A stretch of 59,343 nt of DNA from Sporopachydermia quercuum (lineage: Eukaryota). Under the pieces are notes generated by a model. That model was not told where the DNA came from, did no database searches, and saw only the letters and a list, made by a program, of their open reading frames with translations. The stretch spans positions 1,984,001 through 2,043,343 of the forward strand of contig BCGN01000003.1 of NCBI GenBank assembly GCA_001599295.1. The letters run 5' to 3'. The position numbers and the translations under genes are program-made. This document shows positions 33,836-46,283 of this stretch, piece after piece. The first letter of the stretch is position 1. Each line of letters starts with the position of its first letter.

Positions 33836-35382
33836 ATGCTCCAATCAGGTTTCAAAATCACTCGATCAATCGGATCAAAGATCTCTATTAGATCAATGGC
33901 CAGCGAGGCTTCTGCCATCAAGGTGTCAGTTGTTGAGTCAAATATTCCGGTCTCAACTCTGTCAGTTGTTGTCAATGCTGGTTCAAAATTATCACCTACT
34001 CCTGGTGCTTCTCATGCTTTAGAGAAATTTGGTTTCAGAGTAAGTTGAAATATATTAGGAAGCAGAGGAAATGGAAGAAGGAGAAGAAATGAACAGGAAA
34101 GAGCAGGAGAAGAATGTGAATTCTCGGGATTGGCTTATTAGGTAAACAGTAGCTGTATAGTACTTGCTGTCAAAGTGTGAAATGGTAGTTGGATTGCGTT
34201 ATAAGGTAATCTAGGTAAAGCGCCTTCTTATTCTATCTGAGAACTACCAGGAAAACTCAGTACTCTCTGCTTGTCTATTACAAACTAGCTATTTGCCTAT
34301 CTTGGCTCTTCCTGTTCCTGTTCTTCTTCAATTGTCATATCCTTTCCTTATCTCTAGCATCATTAACTCCCATTTATTCCTATTTTTCATACTAACAGTA
34401 TCAGAATAACGCCGCTAGATCAGCTCTCAGACTCGTCCGTGAATCAGAACTCTTAGGCGCCTCCCTATCAAGCAAACTTACTAGAGACAGTATCGTCCTC
34501 TCGGCCACTTTCCTCCCTGAAGAATTACCTTACTTTGTCAACGCTTTGGGCGATGCCATTTCTTCCCCACTCTTCAGACCCCACGAACTCCCGGAAAACG
34601 TCTTGCCAGTTGCTAAGTACGAAGCAGATGCTGCCGCTGCCGACAGCTTCTTCGTTGCTACCGAAGCTTTACATGCTTCTTCCTTCAGAACAGGCTACGG
34701 TAACCAATTATACGTTGACCAATACACTCCAGTTGAATTAGACACTCTGAAGGAATTCGCTAAGGCTGTCTACACCAGCTCCAATGTTTCTATTGTTGCC
34801 TCTGGTGTTGATAAGGAAAACTTGGCTAAGTTCCTTGCTGAAAGCTCTTTCTCTGCCTTGTCTGTTGGTTCTCCTTTATCATTAGAATCCAAGGCAGTTT
34901 TCAGCGGAGAAACCAGAATCAAGTCTGCCTCAGGAAACACTGTTGCCTTTGCTATTCCTGTCACCGATGCTTCTAAATTTTCTGCTTTCAAGGTCTTGGC
35001 TTCCACTTTAGGATCTACTCCCACTGTTGCATATGCTAACTTGACACCTTTAGGATTAATTGGAGCCAAGGCTACGTTCTTTGAATATGCCGAAGCCGGA
35101 TTGTTTGTTGTCTCTGCTGAGTCAGGAGACGCTGCTGTTGTTTCCAAGGCTATTAAAGATGCTTATAATGCCGTGAAGAGCGTTGCAGGAGGATCTATTG
35201 ATGTCAGTGCTGGACTTGCTAAGGCCAAGCTTTCCCAGGTTCTAGCTGGCGAAGGAGTCAGTGTTGCTGATGTTTCTGCCTCATCTGTCGCTGCTGCTGC
35301 TAAGGAGGTTGTTTCAGGAGCCAAGAGCTTTGCTGCTGTTGGCAAGATTTCTGCTTTGCCTTATGCTGATGCTGTTTTCTAA
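33836..35382 (+). CDS. QCR2: Ubiquinol-cytochrome c reductase core subunit 2, 2 coding exons, ~393 aa
   Basis: Exons 33836-34039 and 34405-35382; intron GTAAGT...TACTAAC...CAG. Product has a mitochondrial presequence, STLSVVVNAGS..GASHALEKFGFR|NNAARSALRLVRESELLG, FRPHELPENVLP and C-terminal GKISALPYAD; strong high-expression codon bias. Confidence 0.92.
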
Positions 35383-38294
35383 TCAACGAGGAACTCACTG
35401 CACTGCACCTCTTGAAGCTGCATTTTGTTGTATAGCATACCTTCAGAAGAGAAAATAGGTTAGGGATAGGAAGTTTACTTAGCAGAGAGGAGTATTGTAA
35501 AGTGAATTAAAGTGAAAGTGGAGTGTATAGGAGAAGACGGGAAGAGAAAAGATGGTTAAAAACTGTTGATTATTGAATGTTTGGAGGAAGGATTTGTTTG
35601 ATAATGAAGTTTCGTAGTGGAATTCAGTAGAATTGAAGCAGAATTGAAGCAGTAGTTGGGTAATTTGAACTACCTAAATGCTGTAATTCTACTTGTTTTC
35701 TGTTTATAAGTGATTGAAAAGTTCATTACTTTCCATTGCTTTATTGCTTTATTACTTTCATTCTTTTCTGTTCTATGAATTGTCAACGATAAATTCCAAC
35801 ACTTTTTTTTCTTCATTTGTTTCTTTTGTTCTTTTCTTTCTTTTCTTTTCTACATTTGACTATAATACTAGTTGGAGATAAACATAGCATTTCTTATATT
35901 ATGTTAACTTGTGATGGTTTGAGCGAGACTTCTGTAGAGTGTAAAGGGAATAGGTAAAAGGAGTAGATAAAAGAAGATGTAAAAGAAATAGGTAATAGGT
36001 GACAGGCATTAGGTAATATGCCCTGAGTTGTTATTTCTATAAATGGCATTGATTTTGTTAATGCATAGAACATGGATAGGTTTTTTTGTTTATATTTACA
36101 CATTATTCTTTACTATGAATAATGAGTATTATGTTAAACGAAAGTTGACAATAGTCTTTCTAACGTTTCGTTCTAGTATTTCTTTTTGTTTCCTTACGGT
36201 AATTCCCTATAATAGTCCCTTACGGTATTTCCTTTTAGTAATTGCTAGAAGAATAAAATAACGGCTAAACAATTAATGATCAGAAGCCTTCAATAATATT
36301 TACCACATTGCCTTGGTGAATAATGTACTACCTTCTTTCTTCCTTCCTTTCTAATAAAAACCAATAACCTTTCCAATCCACCAATAATGAGCCTAGTCTG
36401 CTTTCTGCAAGAAAAGAGTTTTGACCACCTTTACATTCCTGAATCAAAAGTAACATCAGGCTGATCAGCAGTTTTGAAGAAAGCTGAAAGATATGATTTA
36501 TACAAGAAACTTCAACTAGTCTAGGGCTTTGATAGTCTAGTTGTTCAGACAAAGGAACAGATGGAAGCTCGATGGAGAAGCTCAATAGCGACTCTTCAAT
36601 TCACTGATTGATCCTTCATGACGGTTTATCTGGTGAAGACGACCACATTTCAATATTTGAATTGAACTATCAACATTTTCTCTGAATAGTGAAAAATTCT
36701 ACCGGTTACTGCTTACATTATTGTATACGATGCATATGTTGCTTGACAGTGTTACTATTGATTTTATTTACATCCATATCAAGAGATATATTACATTCAT
36801 GAGGTCAAGAATAAAGGACGTTATTTAATCTTCATTTAATCAGTCAATCGGACACTTCTACTAATTACCCTCAGATAGTTGGTCATGATAGATAGTAATA
36901 GCAATGTACTTGATAGTCGAATGCAGGATACATAGAATGTGGATTGAAGTAGTTGGCTGCTACATTAATTTATTTATCCTGTTGCTTAGTACTTAGAAAA
37001 CATCCAATTCTCATTCATCCACATCATTTCTACTCGCTGTATTTACCAATCAATCGCTTGATCAGTGCTTTTGATTCTCGATCTAACTACTAAGCCTACA
37101 GATCCTACAGATCCTAGATCATCCATCAACTACCAGTATGTTAGTAACACTCCAAACACATACAAGAAAACAACACAAATTGAAATCTGCTTATTATCGA
37201 AATCAGATAGGAGCGAAAGACGTTTGATGGTATTTTTGTCATCAAGAACTATTTATAGTCTCAGGTGAACTATGCTTTGTTACTGGAATCATCAGTTAAA
37301 TCAAGATATAATGCAGCCTCACTGGTCTGTGTATATGTAACTATCAATTGACGAGATAGTAAACAATACATGGAAAATACATACAAGGATAACATTACGA
37401 ACACAGCAATGTTGTTGGTTCACATTGCTACGCACATATTCATAATGAACGACATACATTGTGAATCAATTAACCAGAAAACGTGGAATCTACAAGGAGC
37501 CGAGACGAACTTCACTAAAGAACAGTAAAAAAGAAGATGAAAGAAGAAAGAAAATTTTTCATTATACAAGCAAAGACGTTTGTGCTAGGTAATTCATAGT
37601 GAGAATTACCCCCGTAAAATTGTAGATCTCCAGAACCACCTAAGGAGAACAATCACATTTTCGGACATTCGTAGGCGAGACTTGAAGTGGAACTAAGGTT
37701 TTTAATTAGAGTTTACGCAATGTCTCAAAACCTTGTGAATAAAGTGTGTAGTGTGATGTATATGGCTGCCATGAGATAATAAAGGTTCATCGCCGAAGAA
37801 TCAAACAAAAAGCATGGGAGAGGAAGGATGATAATAATAGGACAATGAACTAACAAGAATTAGACTCGCAATTGATTCATTTATTCGACGCTTGCTAGCT
37901 CGAGTTTTTCTGTACTAGAATAGCAATTAAAGAACTGGAATCATCGTATGATCAAGGGTCATCTGACGAAATAGAAATCATCAACTTCTTGCAGTATTCT
38001 CGGGATTATAGAGCACCTGATAAAGGAGAGAACTAAAAACAAGGAAGGAAATTGTGAGCTTCCATTCCTATTATTGTACATCAACGTTTAAGTTTGCTTG
38101 GTGCTGCTTTATCTTTAACGATCATACAAGCCTACCACCACATTCTCCAACATACAGCTCGTTGATGATAGCTATACCATATGAACTTATTTGACTACCT
38201 GGACACTCAATTACCTCCAGATAATTTCGAATTAACATCAGAGTTTGCATTTGAATTCCCGTTTACAATCCCATTTTTCAGCAAGCAGAACACA

Positions 38295-38972
38295 ATGAGT
38301 TTTAAAAGCATTCTTATTATCAATCCTAACTCATCACCATCCATTACTGAATCTCTTGAGAAAATACTGAGATCACCTGATGGATTCAAGTATGAATACT
38401 TCACTGGTCCTAAAGGCGGACCTCTGCAGATTGACAATGTAACAACAGAAATTACATCAGCTGCCAATTGTTTACCAGCTCTAGAGCCTTTGTTGGAGAA
38501 ACATGATGGATTCCTAGTTGCTTGCTATTCAGATCATCCACTAGTTCATATACTTAAAGAAAAGACTGATAAACCAGTATTAGGCATTTTCCAAGCAAGT
38601 GTCCTCCACTCATTGGCATTGGGTAAAGGTAAATTTGGCATAGTTACAACAGCTAGGATATGGGAGAAGTTGTTGGATGAAGCAGTTCACGCATATTTGG
38701 GTACTGAGTTCAATTTTGCTGGTACATTTACTACGGGCTTAGGAGTGTTAGAACTTCATGATTTACCTCCTGAGATCGTCCATAAGAAAATTGGAGAGGC
38801 AGCGAAAGCTGCTGTTGCAAATGGGGCCAAAGTCATCTGCTTGGGATGCGCAGGAATGGCAGGAATGGAAGAAGCTGTTAATGATGCTGTTGGTAAAGAG
38901 ATTCTCGTCGTTGATGGTGTTGTGGCCGGTGTTTCTTTACTCGCTGGGATGATTGATGCTTATTATTCTTAG
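38295..38972 (+). CDS. DCG1: Asp/Glu/hydantoin racemase family protein (Dcg1-like, allantoin/hydantoin racemase)
   Basis: ILIINPNSS..IT, FLVACYSDHPLV, PVLGIFQAS, ICLGCAGMAGME, VVDGV; both family Cys residues present. Likely start is ATG 38295 (MSFKSILIINPNS). Confidence 0.85.
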   Translation: MSFKSILIINPNSSPSITESLEKILRSPDGFKYEYFTGPKGGPLQIDNVTTEITSAANCLPALEPLLEKHDGFLVACYSDHPLVHILKEKTDKPVLGIFQASVLHSLALGKGKFGIVTTARIWEKLLDEAVHAYLGTEFNFAGTFTTGLGVLELHDLPPEIVHKKIGEAAKAAVANGAKVICLGCAGMAGMEEAVNDAVGKEILVVDGVVAGVSLLAGMIDAYYS

Positions 38973-41362
38973 TGTATTTGGTCTGAATATGGTGCAAGTA
39001 ATTCTTGATGAAATGTGATGTTGACCTGGAGTTTGCATGCTAGACATGAATAGTTATTCAATAAATTTGATTATAGAAGTGGACCCAAGGGCAAGTTATT
39101 TTGTAAATAATTAGAAGGGCAGAAATTGTGAACATGTCGTAAAGACAATAATTTCTCAGGATAGTTGTTCTAGTTGTTCTCATACAATCTGCCAGAACTA
39201 TGATAGGGTTTTTACTGNGAAAGCTCATTGATACTCTACTTCTCCCTTAATCGATGTAGGTTGCAAGAACTAAAACATAACTCTCTGTTGAATTCTTACA
39301 ACTTTAACACTTTTTTTTAATTCTTTTGAACCGTATTGCTATCACCGTCGTAATAATTTATCTTACATCATCGATATTAGATAAATCCTAGCTAGATGAC
39401 AATTAGGTAGCCAGTCATTTTTTCACAGAAGTATCTCATCAAACTGAAGGCCATACCGAATACTTGACTATTACTAATAAAACGCTTGCTCCCAATTAAT
39501 TCGATGTTGTAAAAATGAGTCCTTCTTTCGATCTCAACTACTTTCTAACTCATCACTCAAATTTTGACTCATATTTGACAAACTCGACACTTCAACCTAC
39601 AAACGAAGTATCAAGACATAGTTTCGATGTAACTACAAGATAGGCATTTCCCTGCTAGGAAATCAGCTTTGGAGCAAACTTTCCTCAGGTTTAGCCAATC
39701 ATAGTATATATTTTTATGAACAGTGGATATTTTGATGATAATCTGGGTCCAAACAAAGATAAACAAAAACATTAAGCATTGACTTGGTTTGGTGTGATTC
39801 AGTTCTGACGAATTTAAGGATTCACATGCATCGTAAATTTTTAAGTTCATTTGCCAAAGGTTTAGGTTTTGATTTCCTTTGAATTGTTAGTAGTGAAGCT
39901 CACATAAGAGGCCCTGGTGTCCTGATGAAGAACGGGGATATGTTCGCATTAACGAGAAAGTAAAACTTTCTTGTACATGAATCTATAATAAGTACACAGA
40001 AAATCTTTCATATAATACAATTAAAATTTAAATACTATTCCTGTATAGTAGAGATAATTAGAAGTATAATATGCTAAGCTTCGGTGTTGGATGACTCTGT
40101 AGCTCAAGCTCGAGTACTGATCGTAGGCTGTATTTTTTTCCGATCACAACACACAACCTATTAACGGAAACTTTAGTTCCCTTGCTCATTTATTTGGATT
40201 CTTCAATATAATTAGATAGATTCTCATTAGTTGATTATATAAATAGTTAGTATACTTCTGTTAAGAGAATCGTATACTGAATCGAGAGATTTAGTCAATT
40301 ACAGTACAATGAACTTTATTTGTATAAGAGATCTGACATACAGTTAAGAATCATTACATAGTACCCACAGCTGATACAACTGACACAAGAACCACAAGAA
40401 TTGAAATAGGTTAAATACAATCATAATATTTACCAGAATAAGCTTGTCCTGATAGACTTGAATACTATTAATTGCCGTTAGCTGTTCGTTGATATGTGAG
40501 AGGTCTTGATATTTGTATGATACTCAGTAATTATGTGGATGGTCCCCAATAATGAGAAGAGGTTAGAAACTATAAATCCAAAAGATGCAGTCAATAGTGT
40601 ATAAATTCAAATGAATGGTGAATACATGGTTGGTAATGTAGGGACAATAGTTCACCTATCATTCATAAATCCTGGCTATGGAATGAGAACAGCACTGGGA
40701 ATATTTCTAACGGGATAAATAAGGATTCTTATATACAAGTAAGAACCTTATGTTGGTATCTTTCTTCTGTAGAATCGTTCAAAAAACAAACTCATATTAG
40801 ACATATTAGACATTTCATTTGAAATATAAGGTTGTTCACTTTCAAACCTTATTTTACTTCAATGCAGTTCCATTTTTCTAACAGGCATAACAAACGCTTC
40901 TTCTCGTACTAGTTAATCCACTATACAAACAATTGATTTATATTCCCACAGCTACCCACTATAATCTGCAATAGAATTTAGATTGGTACCTACTTATTTG
41001 AAGACTTTATTAGGGTATTTTAGATCATACCCATTATTTATTTCCACCTAATCACTCTATGTTTTGTGCTTATCTAATCAGAATATAAACTCAAATTCAT
41101 CTACCTTTCTTATCTATCTCTATCTTTGTAGTTAACCCTCCAGTTTTCAGATCCTATTCATATTGCTATGAATTACTCAATCTTCATCTTCAGTGTTATA
41201 TGCAATCAATAGACCCATTGAAAACGCTACACTTCCAAAGATTTGATACCTGATAAGCAGAATATATCTGACTCCATCAGTATTTCCAGTCTTGCAACAT
41301 GTGGAACCAATTTCTCCCGCCTATTCGCTATTATTGCCATTTTCAATTCTATTAAAAGCAGA

Positions 41363-43699
41363 ATGACAAATAAACGGGTGCCTATTGCCTGTGCAGGCTG
41401 CAGAAACAGGAAGAAAAAGGTATGAAACAGCTTAGGGTGTCATTTACTGAAAAAATTATTAACCATTTTTCTTATTATTAAAATCAGTGTGACGGAAGAT
41501 TACCGCAATGTTCAGGTTGTTTAGAACGAGGTAAGACATGCGTGTATTCCTATGACGTGGATCGCAGGAAGTATGTAAAGAACTTTTCATTTTATGCTTT
41601 AATAATTACGATACTGACGATTGTTTGAAGACCCCCAAATAAACAATATGTCCAATCATTAACTGATCGAATCAAACAACTGGAACAAGAAGTAGCAATT
41701 CTGCGGCAAGAGAAACTGACAGCTAAAACAGATTCAATATCAGGAAGCAAAATAACCGATGAAATTTCTGAGTCTCAAAATGTTTCTATTATTTCTGACA
41801 GTATTTCAATTAATACAATCGATTCTTCCGAGCCTTCAAAAAGTGCAATCTCTGAAGTTAAAGGAAAACTTATAGTCACTGATGATGGACAAGTTCATTA
41901 TTTTGGATCTCGAAGTAATTTCCATTTACTGTCAGTACAAGTAGACAAGAAATCAAATACTTCTGTTTCATCTTTGAGGTCAAACGCAACATTAGCTGCC
42001 GAAAGATTAAACGGTCCTTTATCAGTACCACCTGATTTATTAGATCATTTATTAGGCTTGTTCTGGAAATGGCAGAATCCATGGCCCCAGATTGTTTCCA
42101 AATCTCATTTTCACAAAGCATTAAGAACCAAGGATCAGAGTTATTATTCCGAAACACTGTTATATTCAATCTTAGCTATAGCCTCTAGATATTCCGATGA
42201 TATAAGAACTCGATCTCATATCGATGATCCTANTAGTGCAGGTAGAAGCTACTTTGAATTTGCTAGAACATTGCTTATGTATGAAATTGAAGCTCCGTCT
42301 ATCACTTCAGTTCAATCAGCAGCTATGTTATCTCTATGGGCTAATGCTATCGATCATGAAGCTTCTGGCTGGCAATACTGTGGGATGGCTGTTCGGATGG
42401 CATTTGTTCTGGGACTTCATACTGANTGTGCACAGTCTCGAGCTCTTAATCTGATATCTGAGGAAGAAGAAGAGCTGAGATCAATTGTTTGGTGGGGTGT
42501 ATTCAATTTAGAAACGTATGTTAATGATCGATGCTATACTTGATTGATTTATAAGTGCTGTGTTAACAAGGTTAGCTTATTTAATTTGGGATTAGGAAGA
42601 ACTTTCTCATTACATGTTAAGGAAATAACGGCTCAAATGAGAACAGTGTCTTCATCTGGCATTGAATTTGAAAGCTGGGAAGACGGAGAAACAGGAATTA
42701 GATTTGAACACTCTTTTGTCGAATCTGCTAATATATATCTTTCTAAAATGTTCTTCAGTGTGTGCGATAATTTAGATCGTTTATATATGGAAGGATCCAA
42801 GCTATCAGCTAGTGAAATGAAAAGTATTTTCACTGATACCTATCTTCGTCTTACCACTTTTTATAAGGACTTACCTTCTTTTTTGCGGGTGTCTATTGGA
42901 TCTACTCCTTCTCCGCCACATGTTTATCATTTACAGTAAGTATTTTAGNTAGCATTTATGATTGTCATTATGCTATTTGTTTTTCTTTTCTTTTTCTTTT
43001 TCTTCTTTTTCTTCTTCTTCTTATTCAACTTTCTGACCAGTCAGTTTACAATATCATATATGCACCATTTTGGTTTCAAGACTGTTTCTGAAACCTTCTA
43101 GTGAAAGCCAGCTCAAAATGAAAAGCGATGGTTCCTTAGCTTTGTTAGAAACGTGTAAAAAATCTGCAGAATCAGTTGCTAATATTCTTCGACTTTATAA
43201 GCTACATTATACATTGGTAAGTTTATTATTTACAAAGTGAGTTTCATTGCAGTTTTTCTAACATTATCAGCGACATATTCCCGTCTGTTCCGTTCATTGT
43301 GCATTTACTGCTGCTGTTGTACATTTATATCTATTGATATCTGACGATTATGACGTTTTAAGGAGAGCCCTGCACAATTTTAAAATTTGCGTCAGTGCTT
43401 TACAGGATATGACTATTGCTTGGATGTGGAGTGAACGAGCATTAAAAACACTAGGTTTACTNGTATATGAATGGAATGTACTAGATAAATTAGATGATGA
43501 GTTGCGGTCAACACTTAAAATTGATCTAGTCTCCCAACCTGGGTTTGGCCTGGGTGAATCTGCTGAAGGAGAAATGGCAGGCAACGAAGCTCCTTCGGAT
43601 ATAAGCGACGCGTGGCAAAGATTTTTTGACTATCAAAGTGTTGACAATGAGTTCTTAGCGTTTTACAGATATTTCCTCGATGTACCCAGTGATTTCTGA
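41363..43699 (+). CDS. Zn(II)2Cys6 transcription factor with Fungal_trans domain (NirA/Nit-4-like), 6 exons, ~661 aa
   Basis: Exons 41363-41419, 41488-41570, 41631-42515, 42576-42935, 43045-43216, 43271-43699 join in frame. Product has CAGCRNRKKK|CDGRLPQCSGCLERGKTCVY, DRRK|PPNKQYVQSL, GQVHYFGSRSNF, GWQYCGMAVRMAFVLGLH, PHVYHLH|LQYH. Confidence 0.88.
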
Positions 43700-44188
43700 T
43701 GAAAATAGAGAATATATAGTAGAACAATGAAATAATTATTATAGAATAACCCAATAAAGTTTAGAATTGTAGTTTCAATATACAACTTAAAGGTTGATAC
43801 TAAATGAGTTCAAACTCTAATATTAACTAATGATAACTATAATCTAAAAATATAGCGTTGGATCATTCTCAAATACCAACCTCTATTTCTAATTCCTTAA
43901 CATAACATAAACAGTGGAACCAACAGGAGCTTTTATGTGTATTCCCTAATGGTGTTATGTTTCAGCGGCCAACTGCTTCCATTATTTCGGCCACTTATTA
44001 TNTCGGATGACTTAGTATGGTGAGCCACACCATCATGCACTAATTGGTATATGCCCATAAACATTAAACCTTAAAAGTTTTTGAGGTTTTAGCTAGCAAA
44101 ATACGAACGAACTTTAGATTGAGTTGAGAGCTAATTGGGATTTCGAGGTTAATTTGAAAAATAGAATAAAGCAAGTATATTATATCTA

Positions 44189-45235
44189 TTATTCATTACC
44201 ATTTGCAACAATCGTTTCAATTGGCTGATGTCTAGACAACAGAGTCTTACCGTTATCACCCTCGTTTACATCAGTAACATAGTTTTTAGGCTTGGTATCA
44301 ACAACCAGTCTTAGTAAATCAGGTCGGGAATAATGTCCAACAGGATCAGCTACTGCTTTAGCAAAAGCAATCTGATCTAAGTCGATGTCGCCGTAAACTA
44401 TACCTTGAAATGACTGATCAACGTCATCAGTTAATTGTCGTCCATCGGGTCCGAAAATCCTACAAGCTCCTCCACCTTCTAAATGGATGAAATGAGTTTC
44501 AGCTGGTTTCTGATCAGCAGTATTAGCTTCAATACCTTTTGCGGTTACTACTTGATTAGCTACCAAAACAAAAGCTCCTCCTTCCAGAGCATACATTCTA
44601 CTAGCAGTAATTTCATTGGCTTCCTGGGTAAATGACCAAGGCTCGTTACCAATGAATGGGCCGTTGAAAGGCCAGCATGCAATATGCACCTCTTCATTTT
44701 GACTATAAGAGTGATACTTAAGCAGAGGCTGATAATGTTCCCAGCAGTTCAGCATACCAATGCGACCAAGTTTTGTCTGAACAACGTTATTCAAAGAGTC
44801 TCCTGTTGACTCACCAAAGATAGTTCTCTCTAAACCAGTAGGTTTGATTTTTCTTCGATGCATGAGAACTTGTCCTTCGTCGGAAATAAGAACTTGAGCC
44901 ATGAAAAGACTGCTGTTATCTTTTTCACTGAATCCCAACGCAACAAAAATCTTGTTTTTCTNCGCTGCTTTTCTAATACTAAGAAATTCAGGACTGTCAA
45001 TGCTCATACTGTTTCTAAAGTACTTGTTTGTAGTAATAAAATTTTCCGGAAAACTCCCAGACCAGGCATAGTTAGGATATCCAGGAATCCATACTTCAGA
45101 GAATGCTATTAATGAGGCTCCATGGATAGCTGCTTCCTCAATATATGCAATTGTGGCCTCAGCTCCCTTTTGAATATCAAACCATTTGGGTTCAGCTTGT
45201 ACTATCGCAGCTTTCCATTGTCTGATTTCTGTCAT
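44189..45235 (-). CDS. Nitrilase (branch 1; arylaceto-/aliphatic nitrilase-like), ~348 aa
   Basis: Catalytic triad motifs FSEVWIPGYP (Glu), RRKIKPT (Lys), LNCWEHYQPLLK (Cys); C-terminal DPVGHYSRPDL. Likely start is ATG 45235 (track starts at an upstream TTG). Confidence 0.92.
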   Translation of the reverse strand: MTEIRQWKAAIVQAEPKWFDIQKGAEATIAYIEEAAIHGASLIAFSEVWIPGYPNYAWSGSFPENFITTNKYFRNSMSIDSPEFLSIRKAAXKNKIFVALGFSEKDNSSLFMAQVLISDEGQVLMHRRKIKPTGLERTIFGESTGDSLNNVVQTKLGRIGMLNCWEHYQPLLKYHSYSQNEEVHIACWPFNGPFIGNEPWSFTQEANEITASRMYALEGGAFVLVANQVVTAKGIEANTADQKPAETHFIHLEGGGACRIFGPDGRQLTDDVDQSFQGIVYGDIDLDQIAFAKAVADPVGHYSRPDLLRLVVDTKPKNYVTDVNEGDNGKTLLSRHQPIETIVANGNE

Positions 45236-45293
45236 TGTAGTGTAGTTTGTGATGTGAGCAGTAGGTAGTAATTTGAAGCAACTTAATATAAAA

Positions 45294-45628
45294 CTTATCG
45301 CTGAATCAGTGATTTTCAATCCGTGATGAATGGAAAAGTTGTGCTATAATTTCTGTAAAGTTGGTAGATAGCTATTAGGATTTCGAGATTTATATATCGC
45401 TGAATATACATTTTAATCAGACTATCTCTTATCTTCTCCTAGTCGGCTTTGCATTTCCCGCATTGTTTGTTCTTTATTTCCCGATGTGTATTTGCCGTTC
45501 GAGAGATAACAATTTAGTATCATAATTTTAGCTGCTTTAAAATTTATGGCTTATCTAGTTACTGTTGTCTAAGATATCTTATCTGATATACCTCCTCTCA
45601 CTTTTTATTGTCAGATCGGCCTGATAAG
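45294..45628. promoter_or_regulatory. Cluster of five GATAAG (GATA-factor/NCR-type) sites upstream of the nitrilase
   Basis: CTTATC at 45294, 45428, 45550, 45578 and GATAAG at 45623. Confidence 0.6.
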
Positions 45629-46283
45629 TATTGTAGGACGAGAAACCAAAATAGAGTTTATGGCATTCGAAATTAAGTATCAGAACCGTTCTCCGTTCCT
45701 ATCGAATAAAAAGCTAGCAGGTAATTACTAAAAGCTTGTCATTTTTTTATTTCTTATTTTTTATTTTTTTGTCTCATAATGCTGGCCCACCATTGAAAAT
45801 TGTAGTGATAGCCGTTGTCAGTAGAATATATCTCAGATGCTTGTCAAACTTGGATAGATGCTCATCGGCTAAGGGAAAAAAATTAATTTATGACTGTTTC
45901 CCTGTTTCTACTCATAAGAGATAAATATAAATGGAATAGTCTTTCAATATATCTTACACAAGACTATTTGTCTATATAGTTACTTTACTTAATTATAATA
46001 AGATACATAGATCAAGAGATCTAGATATTATACAGGTTAGAAGAATTTAAGTAAGTTGCCGCATGAATCGGATCCAATATTATAAACCATTTATCAAATG
46101 ACTTTCATGAAAAAAAGGTATAAACAAAATGCCTCTAAATCTATTGCGAGGTATAGGGCTTACATATATGTTGGTGTTGAGCGCAATTGAGATTAGAAAC
46201 TACAAAAAAAAGCACTAGAAGATAGATGAAAGCAACGAAATCTTGTAACCATTCAATGTCACTCTATAACAAAAAATCCGTAG

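Noticed and set aside
34770..35345. Antisense ORFs over QCR2
   Set aside because: Expected by-product of strong codon bias on the sense strand.
40093..40140. GACTCTGTAGCTCAAGCTCGAGT resembles a tRNA 5' end and D-arm
   Set aside because: No pairing anticodon stem, no T-loop (GTTCRA) and no acceptor-stem complement.
44189..45235. Calling the nitrilase a cyanide hydratase
   Set aside because: The catalytic motif is CWEHYQPL rather than the CWEN-type motif of cyanide hydratases.
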